Of a stretch of 64,000 bases of DNA, positions 1 to 8,508 are shown one piece after another. Made by a program: the position numbers and the translations under genes. The DNA lies in assembly GCA_016212165.1 (NCBI GenBank), contig JACRGY010000106.1, positions 851-64,850 on the forward strand, written 5' to 3'. Position 1 is the first letter of the stretch. Every line of letters starts with the position of its first letter. Origin of the DNA: Nitrospirota bacterium. Its GTDB lineage: Bacteria; Nitrospirota; Thermodesulfovibrionia; Thermodesulfovibrionales; UBA1546. The notes under the pieces are model-generated. The model was given only the letters and a program-made list of their open reading frames with translations, made no database searches and was not told where the DNA came from.

Positions 1-98
1 AATTCTGAAAGCTGGGAAAGCACGTATCCTGTCAATGAATTTTTAAGGGCATCAGGTTTGATCAATACAAGTGTCTGCTCTATTTCTTTTTTATGCAT
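1..98 (-). CDS. ndk: nucleoside-diphosphate kinase, N-terminal fragment (gene runs off the left edge)
   Basis: ATG at 98 is preceded by AAGGAAGGAA. MHKKEIEQTLVLIKPDALKNSLTGYVLSQLSE carries the Ndk N-terminal L.LIKPDA motif. Absent from the ORF track because it is truncated. Confidence 0.55.
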   Translation of the reverse strand, partial: MHKKEIEQTLVLIKPDALKNSLTGYVLSQLSE

Positions 99-122
99 AC
101 AAAGGTTCCTTCCTTACAGTTT

Positions 123-1049
123 TTATATTGAAAGTTTTTTGATAAGTTTTTTTACGGATTTACATGACTCTCTGAGCCGGGCCTTTTCATCTTTTGTGAG
201 TTTTACCTCGACTATTTTTTCAACCCCGTCTTTGCCGAGGACCACCGGCACGCCCAGATAAATGTCTTTGATTCCGTATTCGCCATTGAGATATGCAGCG
301 CATGGCAGCATGCGCTTTTCATCAAGGAGTATTGACTTGATCATCTGAAATGCAGCGGCGGACGGGGCATAATAGGCGCTTCCTGATTTTAGCAGGCTTA
401 CTATTTCAGCGCCGCCGTTTCTTGTGCGGTGTATGAGCGCCTCGATAGTTTTTCTTTTCAGCAGCTCGGTGACCGGTATCCCCTTCGCAGTAGTAAACCT
501 CGGCAGCGGAACCATCTGGTCGCCGTGCCCTCCGAGCACGATTGCCTCTATGTCCTCAGGCGATATATTCAGTTCCCATGCAAGAAATGTCCTTAATCTC
601 GATGAATCAAGTATTCCGCCCATTCCCATGACGCGCCTGCATGAAAACTCTGTGGTCTTCCAGGCAAGCTGCGCCATTACATCCATTGGATTTGTTACGA
701 CGATTATGATGGCATCGGGCGAGGCCTTTGCGATTGCACCGGATGCCGCCCTGATAACATCAGCATTTGCATGAAGCAGGTCGTCCCTCGACATATTAGG
801 CTTTCTTGGAAAGCCCGCAGTGATAAGGACGACATCAGATGCCCCTGTATCAGCATAATTATTGGTTCCTTTTACCGAAGACGGCGAATTCCAGAGCGGG
901 CATGCCTCTGCGATATCGAGCGCTTTGCCCTGCGGCATTCCTTCTGCGATGTCAAAAAGCATAATATCAGCAAAGCCTGCCTGGGCAATCAGCTGCGCTG
1001 TCGAAGCGCCTACGTTTCCTGCGCCAATTATGGATACTTTTTTCCTCAT
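123..1049 (-). CDS. mdh: NAD-dependent malate dehydrogenase (LDH-like family)
   Basis: 308 aa. GAGNVG Rossmann loop, with VVTNPMD and GGHGD motifs typical of LDH-type MDH. Confidence 0.9.
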   Translation of the reverse strand: MRKKVSIIGAGNVGASTAQLIAQAGFADIMLFDIAEGMPQGKALDIAEACPLWNSPSSVKGTNNYADTGASDVVLITAGFPRKPNMSRDDLLHANADVIRAASGAIAKASPDAIIIVVTNPMDVMAQLAWKTTEFSCRRVMGMGGILDSSRLRTFLAWELNISPEDIEAIVLGGHGDQMVPLPRFTTAKGIPVTELLKRKTIEALIHRTRNGGAEIVSLLKSGSAYYAPSAAAFQMIKSILLDEKRMLPCAAYLNGEYGIKDIYLGVPVVLGKDGVEKIVEVKLTKDEKARLRESCKSVKKLIKKLSI

Positions 1050-1298
1050 ATTTTTCTCCGGATAATTAAGCTTTTGCGAATTCTCATTTTACGAGAATAC
1101 AATAGTAGCCTGAAGCCCCGTTAGAAAGCATGGCCTTGAACCGTGCCTTCTTCCGTTTAACAGGGTAAACTTTTATAGCATGTAAATAAATTGTTGTCAA
1201 GAAAAATTGATAAAACAATAGATTTTCCTTTGACATAATATTATGAAATATGGTATTCATACATACATGAAAAAATCCTATTCTGCCGGGAGAATATA

Positions 1299-3194
1299 AT
1301 GAAAAATATTTCTGTTCCCAAAAAATTGCTGTTATCCTTTTTGTCTGTTGCGTGTATATTGGCTGTTTCCGGCGTAGCGTATAGCGGTAATATAATAATT
1401 AAGCCGGGCAAATTTGACCATTTTGCCGTACAGATTCCTGAAAAGAGCAGGGCAGGCGAAGGGGTTATGGTGAGGTTGCAGGCCTATGACGTGCATGACA
1501 ACCTTATTACAGATTTCGGAGAGGCCGGCAAGGATTTTAAGGTTTCAGTTTCCGGCTCTGCCCAGGCCCAGCCTTCAACGTTAAAATCCGCCTCCTTCAC
1601 GGGAGGGACCGCAGGCATAAACATAACAGACAAGAAGGCAGAGTCCGTAACCCTGTCTATTTCCGAATTCGGGAGCACAGTGCCTGTTGTGACCAGGGAG
1701 ATAGTAATCTCTCCGAATAAGCTTGACCATTTTCTTGTCCAGTCACCGCAGTCCGCAGTGGCGGGAAATAATTTTGACGTGAAGGTTATTGCAAGAGACG
1801 CATTTGATAACCCTGTGGCCGATACCGAGATAGATGGCAGAAACATAAAGATAACATCATCAGGCGGAACGAATTTTAAGGTTATAAACACACCGGCTGT
1901 CTTTAAAAACGGTGCAAGCATAGCTACCCTGATGGGAGAAAAAGTAGGCGAGGCCGCTGTTGAGGTTCATGACACAGTAACAGGCAGCAAAGGGGCTAGC
2001 CCAGGCATAAAGGTCATGCCAGCAATACTCAGCCATTTTAAGGTATATGCCCCGAAGGAAACTGTTGCAGGACAACAATTTGAGGTGACCATAGGTGCGT
2101 TTGATGCATTTGATAATACGATAGACAATTATGCCTCGTACGGCAGCGGTGTAAATATTTCCTCCACAGGACAGGCAAAGCTCCTCCCATCTTTCGCAGG
2201 GCCGTCAGAATTCAGAAACGGACAGGCCATTGTAAATCTGAGATATGAGAAGGCAGAGGAAATAAGCATAGTAGCGACTGAGAATAATAAAAGCCAGCAG
2301 GGCAAAAGCCCTTCAATGAAAGTAAACCCATCTGCTCCTGATAATTTTACGGTAGCGACACCTGATACCGCGGTTGCAGGGCAGAGGTTCAAGATTAAAA
2401 TAGAGGCTTATGACAAATTTAATAATATAGTCAGGAATTATAATCTTGCAGGCAATGATGTTTATCTGAATGTTACAGGGACCGGCGTATTATCGCCCAA
2501 AGTAGTCCCTGCGTCAGAATTTGTTGGTGGCATTGCAACCCTTGACGTTGTATATGACAGGGCAGAGTCTTTTGCAATCTCTGCTTCGATGGCAACAAAG
2601 AGAGAAGAAAAAATTACAGTAAAAGAACAGAAGGCAGAACCAGTTGCTCCGGCAGCAAAAGCAGCTGAAAAGCCATCCGTGCCCAAGGCAGTTGAAAGGT
2701 CAACGGCTGAGAAACATGAAGAAAAGCCTGTCCGCAAGGCAGCAGAAAAACCCGTGAAGCCTGAAAAGCAGGCGCCGGCAAAAGAGGAAAAGGCTGTTGC
2801 AAAAAAAGCAGAGATAAAAGAAGCTGTCAAAGAACCTGTAAAGGAAAAGAAGGCTAAAGAGAAATTTTTTGAGATTAAAAAGGTCTCAATAATAGAGGCA
2901 AAGAACAAGGCGATGGTGATAATAAACATGAAGTCACCGAATGGCCCCCTTGATTATAAAGGTGAAATAGATTCTCAAAAAGGCAAAGATTGGATAAAGG
3001 TCAGCCTGAAACCGGCGGTAAACAAGGCAAAGAAGCTGTGGAAGTTCAAGTCGGCGTTTGTTAAAGAGGTTCTCATAGAAGACGACGCAAAAGCAGATGG
3101 GCTGATTATAAGGGTTGAAACATTATCAAAGCAGGTTACGTTTGATGTGAACAAGGTCAAAGACTCGCTTGTCATAAGCATTACGAACCCATAA
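1299..3194 (+). CDS. secreted repeat protein: signal peptide, 4 Ig-like repeats, K/P/E/A-rich linker, C-terminal AMIN-like domain
   Basis: 631 aa. N-terminal signal sequence. Four ~100-aa repeats (K[FL]DHF.VQ.P....AG..F.V.I.A.DAFDN). Low-complexity KPEKQAPAKEEK linker. The last ~100 aa have the alternating beta pattern of AMIN domains. Confidence 0.85.
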   Translation: MKNISVPKKLLLSFLSVACILAVSGVAYSGNIIIKPGKFDHFAVQIPEKSRAGEGVMVRLQAYDVHDNLITDFGEAGKDFKVSVSGSAQAQPSTLKSASFTGGTAGINITDKKAESVTLSISEFGSTVPVVTREIVISPNKLDHFLVQSPQSAVAGNNFDVKVIARDAFDNPVADTEIDGRNIKITSSGGTNFKVINTPAVFKNGASIATLMGEKVGEAAVEVHDTVTGSKGASPGIKVMPAILSHFKVYAPKETVAGQQFEVTIGAFDAFDNTIDNYASYGSGVNISSTGQAKLLPSFAGPSEFRNGQAIVNLRYEKAEEISIVATENNKSQQGKSPSMKVNPSAPDNFTVATPDTAVAGQRFKIKIEAYDKFNNIVRNYNLAGNDVYLNVTGTGVLSPKVVPASEFVGGIATLDVVYDRAESFAISASMATKREEKITVKEQKAEPVAPAAKAAEKPSVPKAVERSTAEKHEEKPVRKAAEKPVKPEKQAPAKEEKAVAKKAEIKEAVKEPVKEKKAKEKFFEIKKVSIIEAKNKAMVIINMKSPNGPLDYKGEIDSQKGKDWIKVSLKPAVNKAKKLWKFKSAFVKEVLIEDDAKADGLIIRVETLSKQVTFDVNKVKDSLVISITNP

Positions 3195-3213
3195 GGCCGC
3201 TAAAGATAAAACC

Positions 3214-3960
3214 TTGCGTATACCATTTATTGCAGCTCACTGGAAGATGAACAAGACCATCCCTGAAACAAGGGGGTTTTTGAAGGCGCTGATCCCTTCT
3301 GTAAAGGATGCAGTTGGAGTGGATATTGTAATAGCCCCGCCATTCACCTCTCTTTTATCTGCTGCGGAGGAAGCGAAAGGCACAAACGTAAAGATTGCAT
3401 CTCAGGATGTTTTCTATGAAGAAAAGGGCGCCTTTACGGGAGAAATATCGCCAGGCATGATTTTGGATTGCGGTTGTTTGCATGTTATTGTAGGGCATTC
3501 GGAGCGAAGGCAGTATTTCAATGAGACCGACGGGATAATAAACAAGAAGATCAAAGCTTCGAAGAAGAACGGGCTTGGCGTGATTTTTTGCATAGGCGAA
3601 TCTTTGGAGCAAAGAGAATCCGGAAAGACCTTTGATATACTGAGCAGGGAGATGGAAAACGGGCTTAAAGATATTGATGGAGATAACATTGTTGTAGCAT
3701 ACGAGCCCATATGGGCAATAGGTACGGGCAGGACAGCTGCTCCTGAACAGGCCCAGGAGGTCCATGCCTATATCAGAAAGAAAATCAGGGTTTTATATGG
3801 AAATAAGGCTGATGAAATCCGTATAATATATGGAGGGAGTGTAACTCCGGAGAATATAGGCTCTCTCATGGCTTGCGGGGATATAGATGGAGCGCTTGTC
3901 GGTGGAGCAAGCCTTAAGGCCGAGAGTTTTGTTGGGATAGTGAAATTTAAGACGGTATAG
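3214..3960 (+). CDS. tpiA: triosephosphate isomerase (TTG start)
   Basis: AAHWKMNK, VIVGHSERR, AYEPIWAIGTG and GGASL motifs. Classical tpiA-secG synteny. Confidence 0.93.
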   Translation: MRIPFIAAHWKMNKTIPETRGFLKALIPSVKDAVGVDIVIAPPFTSLLSAAEEAKGTNVKIASQDVFYEEKGAFTGEISPGMILDCGCLHVIVGHSERRQYFNETDGIINKKIKASKKNGLGVIFCIGESLEQRESGKTFDILSREMENGLKDIDGDNIVVAYEPIWAIGTGRTAAPEQAQEVHAYIRKKIRVLYGNKADEIRIIYGGSVTPENIGSLMACGDIDGALVGGASLKAESFVGIVKFKTV

Positions 3961-3978
3961 AACCCATATGGAGGAAAA

Positions 3979-4332
3979 ATGGCAACGCTGCTTTTAATAG
4001 TTCATGTTTTAGTTTGTCTGTTTTTAATCTTTATTGTGCTTATACAGAGTGGAAAGGGCGCAGATCTTGGCGCTGCATTCGGCGGTTCAAGCCAGACCCT
4101 TTTTGGCAGCCGCGGAGCAGCCACATTTTTCAGCAAACTTACCACAATTGCTGCAATTGTATTTATGCTTACATCCCTGTCTCTCGCAGTTGTTTCAGTA
4201 AGAACAGGTTCGATAATAAAGAAAACAGCGCCGGTTAAGGAAAAGGGCGCTCTCCCGCCGGCTCAGGGCGGCGGCGTTCAGCCTTTACAGCAGCAGGCCC
4301 CTCAAGCTCCGGCGCAGCCGGCGGCAAGATGA
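3979..4332 (+). CDS. secG: preprotein translocase subunit SecG
   Basis: LIQSGKGADLGAAFGGSSQTLFG signature, two TM helices, Q/P/A-rich tail. Confidence 0.9.
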   Translation: MATLLLIVHVLVCLFLIFIVLIQSGKGADLGAAFGGSSQTLFGSRGAATFFSKLTTIAAIVFMLTSLSLAVVSVRTGSIIKKTAPVKEKGALPPAQGGGVQPLQQQAPQAPAQPAAR

Positions 4333-4421
4333 TGAGTGATTGGGTTTTGGCAATAGGCATTCTGGCAGTATGGCTGGTTTTACAGCTCGTAGTATTCCCG
4401 CGCCTGGGGATACACTCCTGA
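4329..4421 (+). CDS. possible 30-aa hydrophobic micro-protein
   Basis: ATG overlaps the secG stop (ATGATGA). Product MMSDWVLAIGILAVWLVLQLVVFPRLGIHS has a single TM. Below the ORF-track size cutoff and has no recognisable family. Confidence 0.25.
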   Translation: MMSDWVLAIGILAVWLVLQLVVFPRLGIHS

Positions 4422-4487
4422 GGCTCAAGTCCCAAGGAGCCGGGCGCTCCCAGGAAAAAGTGCTAGCCTACAAAAAAGTTTAAGCCT

Positions 4488-4516
4488 TTACATTTTTGTC
4501 GCATTCCCCTAGAATA
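4488..4516 (+). promoter_or_regulatory. candidate sigma70 promoter (TTTACA-17-TAGAAT), near-leaderless for the nifA-like gene
   Basis: TTTACA at 4488-4493, 17-nt spacer, TAGAAT at 4511-4516. The ATG at 4522 lies only 5 nt downstream and has no RBS. Confidence 0.35.
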
Positions 4517-4521
4517 TTCTC

Positions 4522-6054
4522 ATGGGCCGCAATTATGACAAGACGCTTGAGATCAGCGCGCTTTATGAGATAAGCAAGCTGCTTGGTTCATCCCTTAATC
4601 TTAAATCGAATCTGCGCGGGGTAATGAGGGTATTGTCAGAATACCTTGATATGAAGAGGGGGACAGTAGCTCTCAGAACAGACAATGAAGTCTCCATTAT
4701 TGCTGCGCATGGAATGTCAGAGGAAGAGATAAAAAGGGGAAGATACAAGCTCGGCGAAGGCATTATCGGCAGGGTTGCAAAGCTCGGCTCTCCTATTGTA
4801 ATCCCGAATATCGGAGAGGAACCGCTGTTCCTGAACAAGACGGGCGCGCGAACAACGATAAAAAAGGAGAATATCGCCTTTCTCTGCGTACCCATAAAAT
4901 TCAAGAATGAGACGCTCGGCGTTTTAAGCGTTGACAGGCTTTTCGGCTCAAAGACCATATCATTTGAAGAAGACCTGAGGATGCTCAAGATTATAGCCTC
5001 ATTAATAGCCCAATCCGCCAAGCTGCATCAGGAAGTCGAGAAAGAGCGGGAGGCGTTTATCGAGGAGAAGGAGAATCTCAAGCGCCAGCTTAAAGGCAGA
5101 TACAGCGTAGAAAACATGATAGGGCAGTCAGACAGCATGCAGGAGGTCTTTGAGGCTGTTCACAGAGTTGCACCGTCAAAGGCAAACGTGCTTTTGCGGG
5201 GCGAAAGCGGCACAGGAAAGGAACTTATTGCAAAGGCAATCCATTATATGAGCCCGGTATCAAAAGGGCCTTTCATCAAGTTCAACTGCGCATCCATTCC
5301 CGAAGGGCTTTTGGAGTCAGAACTGTTCGGGCATGAAAAAGGCTCTTTTACAGGCGCGATGGCTGCCAGAAAAGGAAGGTTTGAGCTTGCAGACAAAGGG
5401 ACTATTTTCCTTGATGAGATAGGAGATCTGCCTTTATCACTGCAACCCAAGATACTGAGGGTCTTGCAGGAAAAAGAGTTCGAAAGGGTAGGCGGTGAAA
5501 AGACCATAAAGGTTGATGTCAGGCTCATTGCTGCAACGAGCAGAAACCTTGAGGACCTTGTTTCAAAAGGGAAGTTCAGGGAAGACCTTTATTATCGCCT
5601 TAATGTCGTCCCTGTATTTCTTCCTTCGTTGAGGGAGAAAAAAGAGGATATTGCGCAGCTTGCGGAATATTTCCTTAAGAAATACAACAAGGAAAATAAT
5701 AAATCCGTTACGATTAAGCCTGATGTGCTTGATGTTTTCATGGACTATGAATGGCAGGGAAATGTGAGAGAGCTTGAAAACACAATCGAAAGGCTTGTTG
5801 TTATGTCAGCGGGCAAAGTCATAACAAAGGCTGATTTGCCTCTGAATATCAAAGACCAGTCAATCAAATCGAAGTATGGCATTCAGGCAAAAGATGCCCT
5901 TACTTCGACTATTGAAGACATTGAAAAGGCAAGGATTCTTGATGCCCTTACGAACACAAACTGGAACCAGGCAAAGGCGGCAAAGGCGCTGGGCATTACC
6001 CCAAGGCAGATAGGGTATAAGATGAAGAAGTATAAGATACAGCAAACGGCGTAA
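4522..6054 (+). CDS. nifA: sigma54-dependent transcriptional activator, GAF-AAA+-HTH (NifA-like)
   Basis: 510 aa. N-terminal GAF. GESGTGKE Walker A, GSFTGA sigma54-contact loop, C-terminal Fis-type HTH (AAKALGITPRQIGYKMKKY). TGT-N10-ACA sites occur upstream of nifH and nifB in this window. Confidence 0.75.
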   Translation: MGRNYDKTLEISALYEISKLLGSSLNLKSNLRGVMRVLSEYLDMKRGTVALRTDNEVSIIAAHGMSEEEIKRGRYKLGEGIIGRVAKLGSPIVIPNIGEEPLFLNKTGARTTIKKENIAFLCVPIKFKNETLGVLSVDRLFGSKTISFEEDLRMLKIIASLIAQSAKLHQEVEKEREAFIEEKENLKRQLKGRYSVENMIGQSDSMQEVFEAVHRVAPSKANVLLRGESGTGKELIAKAIHYMSPVSKGPFIKFNCASIPEGLLESELFGHEKGSFTGAMAARKGRFELADKGTIFLDEIGDLPLSLQPKILRVLQEKEFERVGGEKTIKVDVRLIAATSRNLEDLVSKGKFREDLYYRLNVVPVFLPSLREKKEDIAQLAEYFLKKYNKENNKSVTIKPDVLDVFMDYEWQGNVRELENTIERLVVMSAGKVITKADLPLNIKDQSIKSKYGIQAKDALTSTIEDIEKARILDALTNTNWNQAKAAKALGITPRQIGYKMKKYKIQQTA

Positions 6055-6149
6055 GAAAAATTTCTATTCAAGCAGGAGAATCTTTTAATTATTGAACAAG
6101 CGGACCCTGCTTCCCTCGAAATCTCTCATTGAAATAAATTTCCCAAGTA

Positions 6150-6225
6150 AAATAACGTTAAAATAATGAGTAAAGTCGTAAGGATATAAAACACCACCAT
6201 CCAGACATTTTTCCTGTGGTTAGGT
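6150..6225 (-). other. candidate degenerate attC site (76 nt) ending cassette 2
   Basis: The minus strand starts with R'' ACCTAAC (contains the TAA stop of the 6220-6783 ORF) and ends with GTTATTT. Inner pairing is only weak and A/T-rich. The R'' block GAACCTAAC is the exact reverse complement of the cassette 5' boundary GTTAGGTTC at 6796-6804. Confidence 0.4.
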
Positions 6226-6783
6226 TCTGATTTGCCATAAAATAAAATCCAATTTCTTTATATTAGTTATTGATTGAGCTTCTTCAATGAGATCGTTAAA
6301 CACTCCTATCATCATCGGTCCCTGAGTATTTTCAATGTTTTTATATCGTGTTATAAGTTCCTCATATAATGCCTCTATTTTGGCTACTTTATTTTTTGCC
6401 TTATGATAAGGCGGACGTAAGCAAAGATTTTCTAAAACATGCTTATCCCAAATTGGCATGTTTGGATTATGGGTAGCAACAAGTTTACTTGAGAATGACG
6501 GCTCATCTCTGTTAAGTTTGTCCTTGATATATTTTAACGTAGCAGAAAATGTAACATCTTTGCCCTTTTGACGCTCCATATAATTATAGTATGTCTTATA
6601 CCATTCCTCTGGCTTTTGCCTTACTCTATAAAATCCATTAAACATCGTTTGAAATACTCTATCCTCAGCAACGTTAGTTTGATTAAATAGCTCCATAATT
6701 TCTCTGTACTTTTTGATGCCGTGTTTTGCCTTTTCGGAAGATATAGCTTTTCTCACTTGATCTTCTGTATAGATAGTTGGCAT
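6220..6783 (-). CDS. hypothetical protein (integron-type cassette 2)
   Basis: 187 aa. GGGAGG RBS. No family recognised. Bounded by attC-type boundaries. Confidence 0.75.
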   Translation of the reverse strand: MPTIYTEDQVRKAISSEKAKHGIKKYREIMELFNQTNVAEDRVFQTMFNGFYRVRQKPEEWYKTYYNYMERQKGKDVTFSATLKYIKDKLNRDEPSFSSKLVATHNPNMPIWDKHVLENLCLRPPYHKAKNKVAKIEALYEELITRYKNIENTQGPMMIGVFNDLIEEAQSITNIKKLDFILWQIRT

Positions 6784-6797
6784 CTGGCCTCCCTTGA

Positions 6798-6857
6798 ACC
6801 TAACGTTCGCGTGACGCGCCGCCTTCTGGCGCGTCGCTGTCGACGCGATTGTTAGTC
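6798..6857 (-). other. integron attC recombination site (60 nt)
   Basis: Minus strand: GACTAAC-AATCGCGTCGACAGCGACGCGCC-AGAAGGC-GGCGCGTCACGCGAAC-GTTAGGT. This gives R'' (RYYYAAC-like) and R' (GTTRRRY, perfect), an imperfect palindrome with an unpaired CGACAGC bulge, and a start 1 nt after the upstream stop codon. Confidence 0.8.
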
Positions 6858-6858
6858 T

Positions 6859-7518
6859 TTACTTGGCTTTGCTTGTTTCTTCAATAATTTTCAGAACTTC
6901 TTTCTCTATTGCTGCAGCCAACCGTCTATTGGCCTGCTTCTCATTAAGCAGTTCCCAATACTCTCCAATGATTAAGCGATGATAGTTTTTGGTTGTTAAA
7001 TGCGGATAGAAGTTATTGGCGAGGCCCCACGCGAGACTGCTAATGACGACTTGCTGTTCTTTGGGCTTGTATTTAGATAAGATGGCGAGAAGATACGGCG
7101 CTCTCAACGTGTATAGTTTACCCAGGCCAAATGATCTTAATTCATCTGCAGAACCCTGTGTCTCGATAATGAAATCTATATATCGCTTCGTCAGCGAATC
7201 CAACGACATCAGGCTAATGATTTCTGCTATTTGAACGTAGTCGATATCGAATTGGCCAAGCGTTGATAGTTTATCCGAGTCCCGTGACGTTGCTGGGAGG
7301 AGAGTTGTTATAAGTTTTTGTGAAAAATCGCTATCGATTTGCTGATGACGCCCTAAAAAGAACCAAATAGAATGGATGCATTTCTTTACGGGTTCTGGTG
7401 TAGGTGCTTGAAGTAATGTCGCCTTAGGCTCACAGACATCTTGACTCCAAGCATTAGCCCCATGCCCGAGATATAGAAGAACAGCGAACAGCATGAATAT
7501 CATTCTCTTGATCATCAT
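6859..7518 (-). CDS. secreted hypothetical protein (integron-type cassette 1)
   Basis: The track ORF extends to 7647, but the signal peptide MMIKRMIFMLFAVLLYLGHGANAWSQ starts at 7518/7515, just after AGAGGA and the cassette boundary GTTAGTC (7527-7533, minus strand). Confidence 0.75.
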   Translation of the reverse strand: MMIKRMIFMLFAVLLYLGHGANAWSQDVCEPKATLLQAPTPEPVKKCIHSIWFFLGRHQQIDSDFSQKLITTLLPATSRDSDKLSTLGQFDIDYVQIAEIISLMSLDSLTKRYIDFIIETQGSADELRSFGLGKLYTLRAPYLLAILSKYKPKEQQVVISSLAWGLANNFYPHLTTKNYHRLIIGEYWELLNEKQANRRLAAAIEKEVLKIIEETSKAK

Positions 7519-7733
7519 TATCCTCTGACTAACAATTACTATACCCTGCGGGTATTTTTCGCATTCATAGGAGAATAATATCATATTTGGTAATTCTTGA
7601 ACAGAAAAAAATCCCATAAAAACAAAAAGAATTAAATCATCACTCATGGCATCTCATGATAATAAGGATAAAAAGTAAGGCAGGTAAAATATAGGAAAAT
7701 TGTCCGACAATACAAAAATGATTTTCAGTGACC

Positions 7734-7771
7734 CTATGTTCTGAAGTCCGGAAGCGCCTTGAGCGCATTTC
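7734..7771. repeat. 38-nt direct repeat, copy A (flanks the brnTA module)
   Basis: CTATGTTCTGAAGTCCGGAAGCGCCTTGAGCGCATTTC. It matches copy B (8327-8364) at 28 of 38 positions with an identical TCCGGAAGCGCC core. Confidence 0.7.
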
Positions 7772-7783
7772 TTTCTTTTGGCC

Positions 7784-8026
7784 TCAAGATGCCTTTTCAA
7801 GACGTTCTGCTACCCACACTTTTATGATAGATTGACGAGGCACACCTAAACGTTTTGCTTCTCTGTCCAATAAATGGATCATCCATAAAGGGAAATCTAC
7901 ATTAACCCTTTTTTGTTCCCGTTCCGGTCTTCTCGCCTTTGAGGTATCGAGATATTTGGAAATATCCTCGCCTTCATCAAACTTCTTTTCAATTTCTTTA
8001 GCCTTAAGTGCCTTCATATATTTCAA
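7784..8026 (-). CDS. brnA: type II antitoxin, BrnA family (RHH/CopG-like)
   Basis: 80 aa. C-terminal VNVDFPLWMIHLLDREAKRLGVPRQSIIKVWVAERL ribbon-helix-helix. Overlaps the brnT 3' end. Confidence 0.8.
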   Translation of the reverse strand: MKYMKALKAKEIEKKFDEGEDISKYLDTSKARRPEREQKRVNVDFPLWMIHLLDREAKRLGVPRQSIIKVWVAERLEKAS

Positions 8027-8267
8027 CCTCCTCTTTTCTCGAGCGACGTACCGAAATGATTCTTATTTTATCACTCCTATACGTTATAATCCCCGACCAA
8101 TGCCTCTCTGAAATCTTTCCTATTACCAAGAATCTTGGTTCATCACTTGTTCTTAAGAGAATCTCAATTAAATCAGAGTCATCCCATATTGCCTGAGCTT
8201 CATAGAAGTCAATCCCATGCTTTGCCTTGTTGCTGTCACTTTTCTGAGAATCGAATTCAAACTCCAT
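8004..8267 (-). CDS. brnT: type II toxin, BrnT family (DUF497 ribonuclease)
   Basis: 87 aa. FEFD..K...N..KHGI.F.EA..I motif and RIISVRRSRKEE, typical of BrnT. Confidence 0.8.
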   Translation of the reverse strand: MEFEFDSQKSDSNKAKHGIDFYEAQAIWDDSDLIEILLRTSDEPRFLVIGKISERHWSGIITYRSDKIRIISVRRSRKEEVEIYEGT

Positions 8268-8276
8268 GATATAATA

Positions 8277-8304
8277 ATTATACCTTAATTATACCTATTG
8301 TCAA
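8277..8304 (-). promoter_or_regulatory. candidate sigma70 promoter of brnTA (TTGACA-16-TATAAT)
   Basis: Minus strand: TTGACA (8304-8299), 16-nt spacer, TATAAT (8282-8277). The brnT ATG lies 9 nt downstream. Confidence 0.45.
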
Positions 8305-8326
8305 CCAATTATTCCTTAGCAAGGGG

Positions 8327-8364
8327 CTATGTCCGAAAATCCGGAAGCGCCCTAAGCGAATCCA
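8327..8364. repeat. 38-nt direct repeat, copy B
   Basis: CTATGTCCGAAAATCCGGAAGCGCCCTAAGCGAATCCA. It sits inside a ~60-nt imperfect palindrome, AGGGG...CCCCT. Confidence 0.7.
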
Positions 8365-8465
8365 ATATGACAACCCCTGACCATTTCCTACAAATTTGTG
8401 CTAATCGAACAAAAATGTATCATAAATTTACTTGCAATTATCATATAAATCAAGCAGTTAGCGTC

Positions 8466-8481
8466 TGGCATGGTTCTGGCA
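8466..8481 (+). promoter_or_regulatory. sigma54 (-24/-12) promoter
   Basis: TGGCATGGTTCTGGCA. The GG and GC dinucleotides are spaced exactly as in TGGCAC-N5-TTGCW. Two yTACAAAwwTGT palindromes lie 50-75 nt upstream (8388-8400, 8408-8420). Confidence 0.65.
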
Positions 8482-8508
8482 ATTAAATTACGCGAGGTGA
8501 TGGAAACA

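Noticed and set aside
4333-4521. The tRNA gene expected downstream of secG (tRNA-Leu is common there).
   Set aside because: No cloverleaf-compatible stems and no GTTCRANYC T-loop are visible on either strand.
7534-7600. A complete attC upstream of cassette 1.
   Set aside because: Only the R' box (GTTAGTC) and a short ATACCC-tgc-GGGTAT palindrome are present. I could find no R'' (RYYYAAC) partner within 140 nt, so I report only the boundary and not a full site.
7519-7647. N-terminal 43-codon extension of the cassette-1 ORF (track start 7647).
   Set aside because: The extension reads through the cassette boundary GTTAGTC and precedes an obvious signal peptide that has its own RBS. The real start is 7518/7515.
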